NCBI GenBank assembly: GCA_046538485.1
Contig: JBKHIT010000057.1
Location: 1 to 33,683, forward strand
Length of the DNA: 33,683 nt
Reading direction: 5' to 3'
DNA from: Candidatus Brocadiia bacterium
Lineage (GTDB): Bacteria > Planctomycetota > Brocadiia > SM23-32
Shown here: one piece after another, positions 7,189 to 16,646 of the stretch
Layout of the letters: the number at the start of each line of letters is the position of its first letter
Position numbering within the stretch: position 1 is the stretch's first letter
The notes under the pieces: model-generated
What the model was told of the DNA's origin: nothing
What the model saw: only the letters and a program-made list of their open reading frames with translations
Databases searched by the model: none
Position numbers and translations under genes: made by a program

Positions 7189-9204
7189 ATGCCAGGTATG
7201 GATCGCCGGAAAACCACACTTTCTGACGGGCTTGAAGTCGATTTAATAACGACCCAGACGTTGATTATCGGTTCCGGAGCTGCTGCTTTGAACTGCGCCG
7301 AACACCTCCACGAGTTGGACACAAACGATGTTGTTATAGCAACCGATGAGCTGGGTGGAGGCACTTCAAACAATTCGGGATCGGATAAACAGACGTACTA
7401 CAAGATCGGCATCTTCGGCGATGTCGCCGACAGTCCTATTGAGTTCGCACATAGTCTCTACGACGGGGGGATGATGCACGGCGACCTGGCGTATGTTGAG
7501 GCCCTGGGAAGCGCTCCGGAGTTCTTCCATCTCGTCAGAAACGGAGTTAAGTTTCCCTATAACCGCTATGGGGCATACGTGGGTTACAAAACTGACAACG
7601 ACCCGCGCCAGCGGGCCACCAGCGCAGGTCCTCGGACCTCAATGCAGATGTTCGAACGCTCCCTGGAAAACGTTCGCCAAAACGACACGCCTGTTCTTGA
7701 TAAACATGAGGTCGTAGCGCTTCTAACAACCGGGGAAGATGAAGAAAAGCGGATAACAGGCGCCGTCGCTCTGAACCTCGATGAACTCGGGGCCAGATCA
7801 CACGGGATCGTGCTTTTTAACTGTCAAAACGTCGTCCTGGCAACCGGGGGCCCGGGAGAAATGTACGAAACGAGTGTTTATCCACGCGGGCAAATCGGCA
7901 ACCATGGACTGGCTTTAGAAAAAGGTGCGATTGCCAACAACCTCGGTGAATCCCAGTATGGTCTGGCAAGTACTAATTTTCGATGGAACCTCAGCGGGAC
8001 ATACCAACAGGTAATCCCCTGCTACTATTCCACAGCTCCGGGTGGTGGAAATCCACACTATTTTCTCAACGATTATTATCCAAACATGAAACAGGTGGCC
8101 TCGAATATTTTTCTTAAAGGGTACCAATGGCCCTTTGACGCCGAACGTCTCCAGAATTTCGGATCGAGCATTATCGATTACGCGGTCTTTAAAGAACGGA
8201 TGGCGGGACGGCAGGTGTGGATGGATTTTACACGGAATCCGGTGCCGACAGATGACATGGAGGAATTTTCACTCGAGTGCCTCACTGACGAAGCAAGGCA
8301 GTACCTTGACAGATCGGGGGCCACACAACCGACACCGATTATGCGGCTTCAGTACATGAATCCGCTTGCGATTGAAATATACAAAGACAACGGTATCGAT
8401 CTTTCCAACGAACCTATTCCGGTTGCCGTCTGTGCACAACACAACAATGGCGGGCTCAGAGGAAATATTTGGTGGGAATCGAATATAAAACACCTTTTCC
8501 CCATCGGCGAGATCAACGGAACGCACGGGATTCGGCCGGGTGGTAGCGCTTTAAACAGCGGCCAGGTGGGCGGTCGAAGAGCGGCCCAATACATCAATAA
8601 TGTTTACGACAGCGAACCTGTCTCACCCTCTGATTTCCTCACATTATGCAAAGAGCAAATTTCAGAAGAACGCTCAAACATTGACAGGTATCTCAGCGCC
8701 AGCCCGGACGCTTCCACGAACGAGCAGATTCGAACGCAAATCCAAAAAACCATGAGTCGACACGGAGCTTTCTTGCGAAAACGGGGAGATGTGGAAGATG
8801 CTCTGAACGACGCCAGAGATCTTTGGGAAAAAATATGTAAAACCGGTATCCGCCTCGATTCCAAAAATGACCTCAATCTCGCTTTCCAGAACGAGCACCT
8901 GTGTCTCACACACATTGCGTTCCTCGAAACGATTCGATCATATATTGAGAGAGGCGGTGGAAGCCGGGGTGGATATTTGATCGCCGATCCGGATGCAGAA
9001 CTTCAGGTTAACAGCCAAAAAGGCTCCGAACTCCCGCATCGCCCCGAAAATGAAGAGTTGGGGGAAGAAATCCTCGAAACCGTTCTTGTGAACGCTGAAT
9101 TTCGTGTGAAGCCAGTTCAGGTCCGCCCTCTCCCCCAGGATGAATCCTGGTACGAAACAACGTGGCGGGCCTGGCGCGACGGAGAGATCTTCCGCAAATC
9201 CTGA
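7189..9204 (+). CDS. FAD-dependent oxidoreductase, SdhA/FrdA/NadB superfamily (FAD_binding_2), non-canonical
   Basis: IIGSGAAAL Rossmann motif, VLATGG, QHNNGGL, FPIGEI..THGIRPGGSAL, C-terminal helical domain with GSRGG; start at 7189 or 7198. Confidence 0.85.
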   Translation: MPGMDRRKTTLSDGLEVDLITTQTLIIGSGAAALNCAEHLHELDTNDVVIATDELGGGTSNNSGSDKQTYYKIGIFGDVADSPIEFAHSLYDGGMMHGDLAYVEALGSAPEFFHLVRNGVKFPYNRYGAYVGYKTDNDPRQRATSAGPRTSMQMFERSLENVRQNDTPVLDKHEVVALLTTGEDEEKRITGAVALNLDELGARSHGIVLFNCQNVVLATGGPGEMYETSVYPRGQIGNHGLALEKGAIANNLGESQYGLASTNFRWNLSGTYQQVIPCYYSTAPGGGNPHYFLNDYYPNMKQVASNIFLKGYQWPFDAERLQNFGSSIIDYAVFKERMAGRQVWMDFTRNPVPTDDMEEFSLECLTDEARQYLDRSGATQPTPIMRLQYMNPLAIEIYKDNGIDLSNEPIPVAVCAQHNNGGLRGNIWWESNIKHLFPIGEINGTHGIRPGGSALNSGQVGGRRAAQYINNVYDSEPVSPSDFLTLCKEQISEERSNIDRYLSASPDASTNEQIRTQIQKTMSRHGAFLRKRGDVEDALNDARDLWEKICKTGIRLDSKNDLNLAFQNEHLCLTHIAFLETIRSYIERGGGSRGGYLIADPDAELQVNSQKGSELPHRPENEELGEEILETVLVNAEFRVKPVQVRPLPQDESWYETTWRAWRDGEIFRKS

Positions 9205-9272
9205 TAACACCCACGAATTTATCTGCTTCTCCCGGTTTGCTTTCAGTGGACAATGAGATCTGCGTTCCTTGT

Positions 9273-10205
9273 TCACGCCATGGCACTGTATCGATTTGGC
9301 CCAGGCTGGTAGTCACGAGGAGCGATCATCCGAACACGGCCGGGCTCGCACCAGACTTCGATCGGAAGCGTGCCGCCCAGATCCCCATCCACCTGCCAGG
9401 GAACATCATCGCGCGGTGATTGCACGCTGAATCGTTTGCCCCGAGTATATCGAGCGGATCGGCAGGCGTGGAGACATCGAAGCAGAGCCGCCAGAGCGGG
9501 ATTCCAGATTTCCGCAGGCCCACCAATCTGCGTCACCATAGCATCAAACTCACCGTCTTGGGGGTAGGCCGCAGGAGTAAGCTGGATAGGGCCACCATAG
9601 CTGCGCACATTGCCGATACACACCACATTTCCCCGCTGCGTCAGCGCCTGCCCATCCACCCGGACGCTGATATCCCATTTTGGTAATTGAAACGCCTGTC
9701 GGAACAGAAAAGGGATGTAATGAAAGAGGGTCAAATTGCCGCCACGTTTGCGGTGAACGAGATCGACTATATGTGCATCCAAGCCGGCGCCAAACACAGA
9801 AATGAAACGGCGATCACCGGCATAGCCGAGATCGCAGGAAACGATCTTTCCATTCAGCAACGTCTGGACCGCAAGAGCCGGACTCCGGGGGATTCCGAGT
9901 TCTTTTGCGAGAACATTGCCAGTTCCTGCCGGTATGATTCCAAGCGCAGAAGCATCCAGATCGGTCCCATTCAGCACCTCGTTGAAAGTACCATCGCCCC
10001 CAAAGCACAGAATTGCTCCACCGCAGCATTCACTCGCAGCCCGTCGAGCGTCGCCTTTCTTCTCCGTCGTAAACACATCGACATGTACGCCGACTCTTTT
10101 GAGCAATTCGGCGACCTTGTCCAGATGACGTTCGACTTTCCCCCGCCCGCTGATAGGATTTGCAACCAGCAGGATGCGTTCGACTGTGCGAACGATGCCC
10201 GGCAT
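9273..10205 (-). CDS. Diacylglycerol kinase family lipid kinase (YegS/DgkB-like)
   Basis: NPISG, GGDGT.NEV.NG, IPAGTGNVLA, GAGLDA, GNVRSYGG, QVDGD. Confidence 0.9.
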   Translation of the reverse strand: MPGIVRTVERILLVANPISGRGKVERHLDKVAELLKRVGVHVDVFTTEKKGDARRAASECCGGAILCFGGDGTFNEVLNGTDLDASALGIIPAGTGNVLAKELGIPRSPALAVQTLLNGKIVSCDLGYAGDRRFISVFGAGLDAHIVDLVHRKRGGNLTLFHYIPFLFRQAFQLPKWDISVRVDGQALTQRGNVVCIGNVRSYGGPIQLTPAAYPQDGEFDAMVTQIGGPAEIWNPALAALLRCLHACRSARYTRGKRFSVQSPRDDVPWQVDGDLGGTLPIEVWCEPGRVRMIAPRDYQPGPNRYSAMA

Positions 10206-10290
10206 CGAAAAACTCCATTCATTTTATTGAGCTGCTTCAGAGAACGACAGGCCGAACGGCATTTGTCCTTGAGCAGAGCAATTGGCCGAA

Positions 10291-11838
10291 TTACTCCCAT
10301 TCAATAGTACTCGGTGGTTTTGAAGAGATGTCGTAGACCACTCGATTTACACCTCGAACCTGGTTGATAATCCGGTTCGAGATCCGGGCCAATAAATCAT
10401 CCGGGAGGCGCGACCAATCCGCCGTCATAAAATCTCGGCTATCCACCACACGCACTGCGATAACATTTTCATAGGTGCGTTCATCGCCCATCACGCCAAC
10501 GGTCTGCAGCGGGAGCAAGACGGCGAATGCCTGTCCGACCCGGTCGTAGTATCCCGCTGCTGTAAGCTCATCCAGTGCGATCTCGTCCGCTGCCCTCAGG
10601 ATTTTCAAGCGTTTTTCAGTAACTTCTCCGATGATTCGCACGGCCAGCCCGGGGCCCGGGAACGGATGGCGCCAGACAACGTCATGGGGCAACCCAAGAG
10701 TTTCACCAACTTTGCGGACTTCGTCTTTGAAAAGGAAGCGAAAAGGTTCGATCAGCTCAAAACCGAGTTCTGCTGGTAAACCGCCCACATTATGGTGTGT
10801 TTTGATTACAGCAGCCGGACCGGTACAGGTTCCCGCACTTTCAATTACATCCGGATACAATGTGCCCTGAGCAAGATAACTGACGTCCTTGATATCGGCG
10901 GCCGCATCCTTGAATATCTCGATGAATGTATGGCCGATAATGCGGCGCTTTTCCTCAGGTTCTTCGACACCAGCCAGACGCGACAGAAACTTCCGGGACG
11001 CGTCAACCCGCCGGAGATTAATGTGGAAATTTTCCCGGAATCGTTTTTCGACCTGCTGGGCTTCGTTTGCACGCATGACTCCATTATCAACAAAAATACA
11101 TATAAGGTTATCGCAAATAGCGCGGTGCAAAAGCACGGCAGCTACTGAGCTGTCGACACCTCCCGAAAGCCCGAGGACGACGCGCTGCTTTCCAACTTCT
11201 TCACGAATTTCCCCGACCGTGCGTTCAATAAAACTGGTCATCTCCCAGCTGCCTTCACACCCACAAATACCATACAGAAAATTATGCAGTATTTGGGCTC
11301 CCGCCGGTGTATGCGTCACTTCCGGATGAAACTGGATCCCCCAGAATTGTCCGTCACGATCACGTACAGCGGCATGGGGGCAGGTATCGGTTTTTGCCAG
11401 AGTCTCAAAATGATCCGGAAGCTTATCGACCTGATCTCCGTGGCTCATCCATACAGTCAGCTCGTCTCCGAGCCCATCAAAAAGATCGGAATGATCCTGT
11501 ACGGAAATTTCCCGCCGACCATATTCACGGCTACCGGCGGGCGTAACCTCGCCACCGAGAGCCACAGAGCCAAGTTGCAGTCCATAGCAGATGCCCAGAA
11601 TAGGAATGCCCATTTGGAAAATCTTTTCGTCACACCGCGGGGCATTCTCCGCATAGGCGCTCGCTGGACCTCCACTGAGAATAAGGCCTTTCACATTATG
11701 CCGGGATATCTCCTCGGCCGATATATCGTGAGCCACGACTTCACTATAGACCATCTCTTCGCGAACTCGACGGGCGATAAGACGGGCATATTGCGCCCCA
11801 AAATCCAGAACAAACACCATTTCTTGCTGCCTTTTCAC
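10291..11838 (-). CDS. guaA: GMP synthase (glutamine-hydrolysing)
   Basis: [72 protein letters not shown]. Confidence 0.98.
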   Translation of the reverse strand: MKRQQEMVFVLDFGAQYARLIARRVREEMVYSEVVAHDISAEEISRHNVKGLILSGGPASAYAENAPRCDEKIFQMGIPILGICYGLQLGSVALGGEVTPAGSREYGRREISVQDHSDLFDGLGDELTVWMSHGDQVDKLPDHFETLAKTDTCPHAAVRDRDGQFWGIQFHPEVTHTPAGAQILHNFLYGICGCEGSWEMTSFIERTVGEIREEVGKQRVVLGLSGGVDSSVAAVLLHRAICDNLICIFVDNGVMRANEAQQVEKRFRENFHINLRRVDASRKFLSRLAGVEEPEEKRRIIGHTFIEIFKDAAADIKDVSYLAQGTLYPDVIESAGTCTGPAAVIKTHHNVGGLPAELGFELIEPFRFLFKDEVRKVGETLGLPHDVVWRHPFPGPGLAVRIIGEVTEKRLKILRAADEIALDELTAAGYYDRVGQAFAVLLPLQTVGVMGDERTYENVIAVRVVDSRDFMTADWSRLPDDLLARISNRIINQVRGVNRVVYDISSKPPSTIEWE

Positions 11839-11875
11839 CTTAGGCCATTTCTTTAGCTAAGTGCTGACAAACCAT

Positions 11876-11904
11876 ATTATAGTCGGCAGAGAACATCCCA
11901 TCAA
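11876..11904 (-). promoter_or_regulatory. Putative sigma70 promoter of guaA
   Basis: Minus strand TTGATG, 17-nt spacer, TATAAT, about 40 nt upstream of the start. Confidence 0.55.
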
Positions 11905-12304
11905 AACGCCCCGCTCTCGTCTGCCTGTTTTGAGGAATTTTATGCTCCGTAACGAGACCTCCCCGCATTTCGCAAAGGGACAAGCTTTTTTAGCCAGAAG
12001 CTTCAAAGGCGCTCAGTGCCGAATATGCGCGGGAGGCAAGCACAGGAGTGTTTTTACAGTTCTCGTGCCGCCCTCAAAGCATATGCAGTGTTGGATACCG
12101 TGAATTGGGTCAATCGACCGATTTTTTAACGGCGGCCCGGAAGGCTTTAAAAACGGCGATCGCGCACCCATATCCGTCCTCAGCGCTCTTTCGGAAGGGT
12201 GTTAAAGACGGGAACTTCAAAATTGCCCCTGTTTTCCCTTATTTTACTTGGCGGCGCTCAAACGCAGTTAACAGAAATTTCAGTTTTTTCGGATTTCAGG
12301 TACG

Positions 12305-12721
12305 ATGGCCAAGAAAAAGAAGGCTCCGCTTTATCGTCGGATTCGGTACAAACGCAACATTGAGAAGTACGTCATTCTCCCGACCTGTTTGCTTGTACTG
12401 GAAATCTTCGAGGAATTCGTTTGCTACAAAGCGGAAATCATAAACAATCCGTATTTGCGCACGTTGATTTTGCTGTTGATGTTTTTCTGCGGTTTCAGTC
12501 TCGTTAATCTGGTTTTCGCCCCCCTAATTAATAAAGCTATCGAACACCTTTATTACGGTGGACGGAAGAGTGCCGGCCCCCTCGGAGAGATCATTTCTCT
12601 CGCAGTCGTGTACACCGCTTTATTCTACGTTTACTACCTTATTTACAGCACAGAAGCTGGTGTTGAACAGCTTCTGCCCCAATCGCTGCACAATGGAGAG
12701 GCTTTTCTGAGCGGTCTCTAA
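12305..12721 (+). CDS. Hypothetical small membrane protein (about 3 TM helices)
   Basis: Basic N-terminus followed by three hydrophobic segments; fills the gap between guaA and the AsmA-like gene. Confidence 0.7.
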   Translation: MAKKKKAPLYRRIRYKRNIEKYVILPTCLLVLEIFEEFVCYKAEIINNPYLRTLILLLMFFCGFSLVNLVFAPLINKAIEHLYYGGRKSAGPLGEIISLAVVYTALFYVYYLIYSTEAGVEQLLPQSLHNGEAFLSGL

Positions 12722-12811
12722 CCCGGGACATTTCACGACTTTAAGGGAACAATTATTATTCGGTTTTGCTTCGTGTAATATCCACGGGAGAGAGTGACAC
12801 GAGTCCAGAAA

Positions 12812-12971
12812 TAAGCGTATTCGGTGCTCCGTGATCAGTAAGCGGCTTTCAGGCAACAGGTTACGACAATGGAAACGAAAAGCGCCCCTTCATTTCAAGT
12901 GAAAACACTGATCCATTGAAATCGCCTTCAGACATTCTTTTTTACCGATTACTGATCACTGATTACCCGCT
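12812..12971. repeat. Inverted arrays of degenerate heptamer repeats between convergent genes
   Basis: + strand ATTCGGT GCTCCGT GATCAGT AAGCGGC TTTCAGG CAACAGG; facing array ACCGATT ACTGATC ACTGATT ACCCGCT; GTGATCAGTAA (12831-12841) is the exact reverse complement of 12949-12959. Confidence 0.55.
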
Positions 12972-12981
12972 TGTTTTGGGA

Positions 12982-13791
12982 CTATTCGCCGCCCTCCTCA
13001 TCCCCCTTTTCCCCTCCCTTAAGAATTTCATTCACTCCCTCTTTAATATTTTCCTTCACTTCATCGCCGACTTTACCTTCTGTGGAATCCTTGAGAATTT
13101 CTCCCGCTCCCTTAATCAGGGGCCCCAAACTATCGGAAATCCTCTCCACTTCCCTCTTCGGCAATTCTTTTCTGGCTTTCCCGCTGATTTTCTCGTATAC
13201 CTCGACAATCAGTTTCAAAAATAGGTCTGTGGGGGGGAGACCGCCATCCCCGCCTGCTGAGAGGTCAGTGATCTCGATATTGGGCAGGGCAAATTCTGAC
13301 GACACCCCGCCGGGAAGGCCGGCCATTTTCACCGTTCCATCTTCAAACGCCACGCGCTCTATACGAATACGTTTCTTCGATTTCTCTTCATCCTTTTTGC
13401 TCTCCAAACGCCTGGCCAAAACCTGCCAATTCGTTTTGCCGTCCTTTATCTCGACGGTCATTTCGGCATCATCCACAAGTACTTCATTAATCAAAAGTTC
13501 CTTGCCCCGAAACGAACCGAGTTTCACATCCATTTTAGCATGCCCTATCTCAAGCATTTCTTTCGCTTCGAATTTTTTCGGGCTGCCGAGTTCCAATCCA
13601 TACAGGTCGATCGTCCCCCCGAAGACGGATACATCGGCCTTGTCCACACGGGTCTCGACGCCCAAGATATGAGAGCCTCCCTTCTCGATTGCCATTTTGA
13701 AGATTTTATCGAGATTAAAAAATAAAACCACGCCGGCGATAATTAAGATTAGAAAAAGAATAACGCCAGGGAAAACAATCTTTTTCAGCAT
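12982..13791 (-). CDS. Membrane-anchored AsmA-like protein
   Basis: N-terminal TM anchor, then KMAIEKGGSHILGVETRVDKADVSVFGGTIDLYGL...LLINEVLVD...DGKTNW beta-rich pattern typical of AsmA N-terminal regions. Confidence 0.7.
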   Translation of the reverse strand: MLKKIVFPGVILFLILIIAGVVLFFNLDKIFKMAIEKGGSHILGVETRVDKADVSVFGGTIDLYGLELGSPKKFEAKEMLEIGHAKMDVKLGSFRGKELLINEVLVDDAEMTVEIKDGKTNWQVLARRLESKKDEEKSKKRIRIERVAFEDGTVKMAGLPGGVSSEFALPNIEITDLSAGGDGGLPPTDLFLKLIVEVYEKISGKARKELPKREVERISDSLGPLIKGAGEILKDSTEGKVGDEVKENIKEGVNEILKGGEKGDEEGGE

Positions 13792-13908
13792 TTTAGAGTT
13801 CCTTCACTGCCCGGGGCTGAGGTTACAGCTAATTGTGACCCGCCATTCGGCGGACAGATTTAAAATTTGCATGAAAACGTCCGGCCCCCCTCAACAGTAA
13901 AACTGAAC

Positions 13909-14283
13909 TTACTGGTTTTTTTGCTCATGAGCTTTTTCAGCATTTTCCTGCAATTCAGGGTGCTTAACCGCCCCAAAAACGAGAGAGCTTTTCCCGAGAC
14001 GTAGCACGTCTTTGTGGAAAATCGGCGAACGACCGTCCACTCTTTCCTCATTAATATGGGTCCCATGAGTGCTCTCAACATCCTGAACCATCCATACACC
14101 ATCAACCTGATGAATAAGCGCATGTGAGCGTGAGACTGACTGATCATTCAGTGTGATTTCGTTGTCAGCATCCCGGCCAATTGTATACGCCTGCCCGGAT
14201 TTCAGCAGCCAACGCTTTCCCTTACTTTCCCCCCGCAAAATAACGAGTTGATGGAATTTTTGGTCCTGACCCTCATCTGCCAT
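13909..14283 (-). CDS. Stand-alone FHA domain protein
   Basis: TIGR, SVSRSHA, DVESTHGT.IN, DVLRLG FHA signature. Confidence 0.9.
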   Translation of the reverse strand: MADEGQDQKFHQLVILRGESKGKRWLLKSGQAYTIGRDADNEITLNDQSVSRSHALIHQVDGVWMVQDVESTHGTHINEERVDGRSPIFHKDVLRLGKSSLVFGAVKHPELQENAEKAHEQKNQ

Positions 14284-14381
14284 CTTTTCTCATCCTCCCA
14301 AAAACCCTTTTCTCCTGTTAGCAAGTCTTTCCTCGAATAAACAGTGCACCCAACAGCGAGAAACCTCATCAGACCACTATA

Positions 14382-14409
14382 ACTATAACAACCTTTGCGC
14401 CAATTTCAA
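14382..14409 (-). promoter_or_regulatory. Putative sigma70 promoter of the FHA gene
   Basis: Minus strand TTGAAA, 16-nt spacer ending in TGT, TATAGT (extended -10). Confidence 0.45.
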
Positions 14410-14471
14410 GGGGCATTACGAGATCAGGCACAGGCGATCAAAAGGAAGAACCCGATTATACTCTGCGCCTG

Positions 14472-15437
14472 TCAATCCGATTCTTCATTTCGGGCCCTTG
14501 TGACGGTCATTAAATTTTCCAATTTTTCCTGCGCGATCCGTTCGATTGCCCCATCCGCACGCAAAACCCATCCTTTCTGATCCATACCCTTATCCTTTTG
14601 CAATATGCAGACAGCTATTTCTGTTCTCTCGCAGCCTTTTGATCCCCGGTCGCACAACATACAGGAAATGTTTTTGTCTTTTGAGGACGAGTAGTGCAGG
14701 GATTCCTTATCCAAATATTCCGCAAAAAGGTCCTGCAAATTCTTGGGATAACAGGCGTGTTGAGATCTGTACACTTCGATTGCCTGCTGGATTTTTCTCA
14801 GGTTTTCTTTGCAGAAGATCTGGCCGCCTCGCACAGCTCCCCGGGCACCCAAAGGGCCAGCATTTAACCAACCTGCGATCGGGGCCAGCACAACAACACT
14901 CACACAGAGGACCGCTCCTCTGTGACCGCTCGAGCGTATTAACCCCATCCCAAGAACCGCTATAGCAACAGCCAGAACAGCGGCGGACCAGTGCCACAGA
15001 GCAAACGGGACAACCAGAGCACTTGCAACGGGGAGCGGGTGAACACCCTCCCATTCCAGCAGAGCCATTAGATTCCCCAAAATCGGAATGTGGAAAGCGG
15101 CCGGCGCTTTATCCTGCCGACTTTCGTTCACAGTTACCAACAATTTACATACACCGATGTCAACAAAATCGCCGTCCTTGAGCTCAGCACGCCGTACTTT
15201 TTTCCCATTGACCAGCATGCCATTGTGAGAGCCAAGATCTTCGACAACACACCCTGTATTTTCGTTCTTAAATCGCAGATGACGACGCGAAACGGACTTC
15301 TCAGGAACTCTTATATCGCAACCTTTAGCCCGCCCCACAATAACACCTTCACTTGGAATACGAACGCGCCGATCTCCCATTTCCGGCCCCATAACATCGA
15401 GCCAGCATTCCGTTTCACTATTTTTTGCTTGCCCCAT
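14472..15437 (-). CDS. FHA domain membrane protein with C-terminal pseudopilin-like domain
   Basis: IVGR, SVSRRH, DLGSHNG FHA motifs; hydrophobic central region; C-terminal CKENLRKIQQAIEVY...YPKNLQDL. ATG 15437 follows GGGAG (ORF track starts at TTG 15455). Confidence 0.8.
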   Translation of the reverse strand: MGQAKNSETECWLDVMGPEMGDRRVRIPSEGVIVGRAKGCDIRVPEKSVSRRHLRFKNENTGCVVEDLGSHNGMLVNGKKVRRAELKDGDFVDIGVCKLLVTVNESRQDKAPAAFHIPILGNLMALLEWEGVHPLPVASALVVPFALWHWSAAVLAVAIAVLGMGLIRSSGHRGAVLCVSVVVLAPIAGWLNAGPLGARGAVRGGQIFCKENLRKIQQAIEVYRSQHACYPKNLQDLFAEYLDKESLHYSSSKDKNISCMLCDRGSKGCERTEIAVCILQKDKGMDQKGWVLRADGAIERIAQEKLENLMTVTRARNEESD

Positions 15438-15466
15438 GTACAAGCTCCCAGACAACGAGTCATTTC

Positions 15467-16318
15467 CTATCGAAGTCCACGACTCTTTCTGAGCATAAAA
15501 AGTTTCGTTTCCACAATGCGGGCCGAACCAAATCGCTTGGAGGAATCTTTCGCTAACGCCCTCATAATCAGTGATTCAAATTCTTCAGAGCAGTATATAC
15601 CTTTCTTAGAAGGTGGTATAGGTTCAACATTGAGACTCCTCGTCATTCTCGTCGTTCGAGCTGCGCCCGCAAACAATTTCTTCCCTACCACCATTTCATA
15701 AAAAAGCACTCCCAAAGAATAAACGTCCCCCCTGTATGAAGCCCTGCCGTCTTTGATCATCTCAGGCGCCATGTAACTGGGAGTTCCAACACGATCTTTG
15801 GGCAATCTGGCTCCCATTGGCGCTGTCAGGCCAAAATCAATCAACTTCGGCTCGTTGTTACCATCGAGCAAAATATTGTCAAGGCATATATCCCGGTGGA
15901 CGAATCGTCGCTCGTGGAGTTCTGCAACGGCAGAAACGATTCGGCTCGCCAGCTTGATAAGTTCATTTTCATGAATCCTGTGCCGGCAGGGCTCAAGATG
16001 ATTGGTGAGTTTAGACTCCAAAAGCTCCATGGCCACCCACTCGGGTTTATCACCGCTATGATCGATACAGTTCACGATATTAGGATGAGCAAAACTTTCC
16101 AGAAGACGCCCCTCCCAGGGAATACCAGTGCGTTCTGTCATCCTGGATGCAAATTGTTTGCCTTTTTCGGTCAGAGCTTTAACGGCCAAAGTCTTCCCCG
16201 AATCCTCATTGTGAGCCCTGTAGACCCGCGAGAAAGGTCCGTCATAAATCAATTCATCGAATCCATACCCCGCAACCCCTTTTGTGTCTGCACCTATTTC
16301 TCTTAACCACCTGAACAT
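15467..16318 (-). CDS. Hanks-type serine/threonine protein kinase (catalytic domain only)
   Basis: AVK, HPNIV, AME, HRDICLDNIL, LIDFG, GTPSYMAPE, GDVYSLGV. Confidence 0.93.
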   Translation of the reverse strand: MFRWLREIGADTKGVAGYGFDELIYDGPFSRVYRAHNEDSGKTLAVKALTEKGKQFASRMTERTGIPWEGRLLESFAHPNIVNCIDHSGDKPEWVAMELLESKLTNHLEPCRHRIHENELIKLASRIVSAVAELHERRFVHRDICLDNILLDGNNEPKLIDFGLTAPMGARLPKDRVGTPSYMAPEMIKDGRASYRGDVYSLGVLFYEMVVGKKLFAGAARTTRMTRSLNVEPIPPSKKGIYCSEEFESLIMRALAKDSSKRFGSARIVETKLFMLRKSRGLR

Positions 16319-16602
16319 CTACCTTTTCTTCCCTTCCACCAGCATTTCGGGGGCGTTCCGACGACAGATGTAAAGATTTCAATCGCGGTCAGGTTACAAT
16401 CTTAAGATCGCACAGTCTCAGTCTTCTCCAGAGTCTCAATGCCCGCACCGCTTTTGGGGAATCTACAAAAGTTTTGTCTTACAAAACCCCCACACGGAAT
16501 GTATTTGATACCTGCGTGAGCACCGGCCCTCTTTCTCTCCCCCCGCCATATATAGGCCAAAGCTTCCAAACAAACTTAAACTTAAATACTCCTTTTCCCA
16601 TT

Positions 16603-16630
16603 ATCTTACCATCTCGCACCGACTTGTCAA
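16603..16630 (-). promoter_or_regulatory. Putative sigma70 promoter upstream of the kinase
   Basis: Minus strand TTGACA, 16-nt spacer ending in TGG, TAAGAT (extended -10). Confidence 0.5.
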
Positions 16631-16646
16631 ATTAGATCTAATTAAA

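Noticed and set aside
7189..9204. Calling the flavoprotein nadB or sdhA
   Set aside because: Lacks the QFHPT and covalent-His motifs and partner subunits; only superfamily-level assignment is supported
11839..12304. Purine riboswitch upstream of guaA
   Set aside because: The predicted promoter leaves a leader of only about 30 nt, and no aptamer core motif was seen
12971..13672. 233-aa Ser/Phe-rich + strand ORF
   Set aside because: Antisense shadow of the Lys/Glu-rich AsmA-like gene
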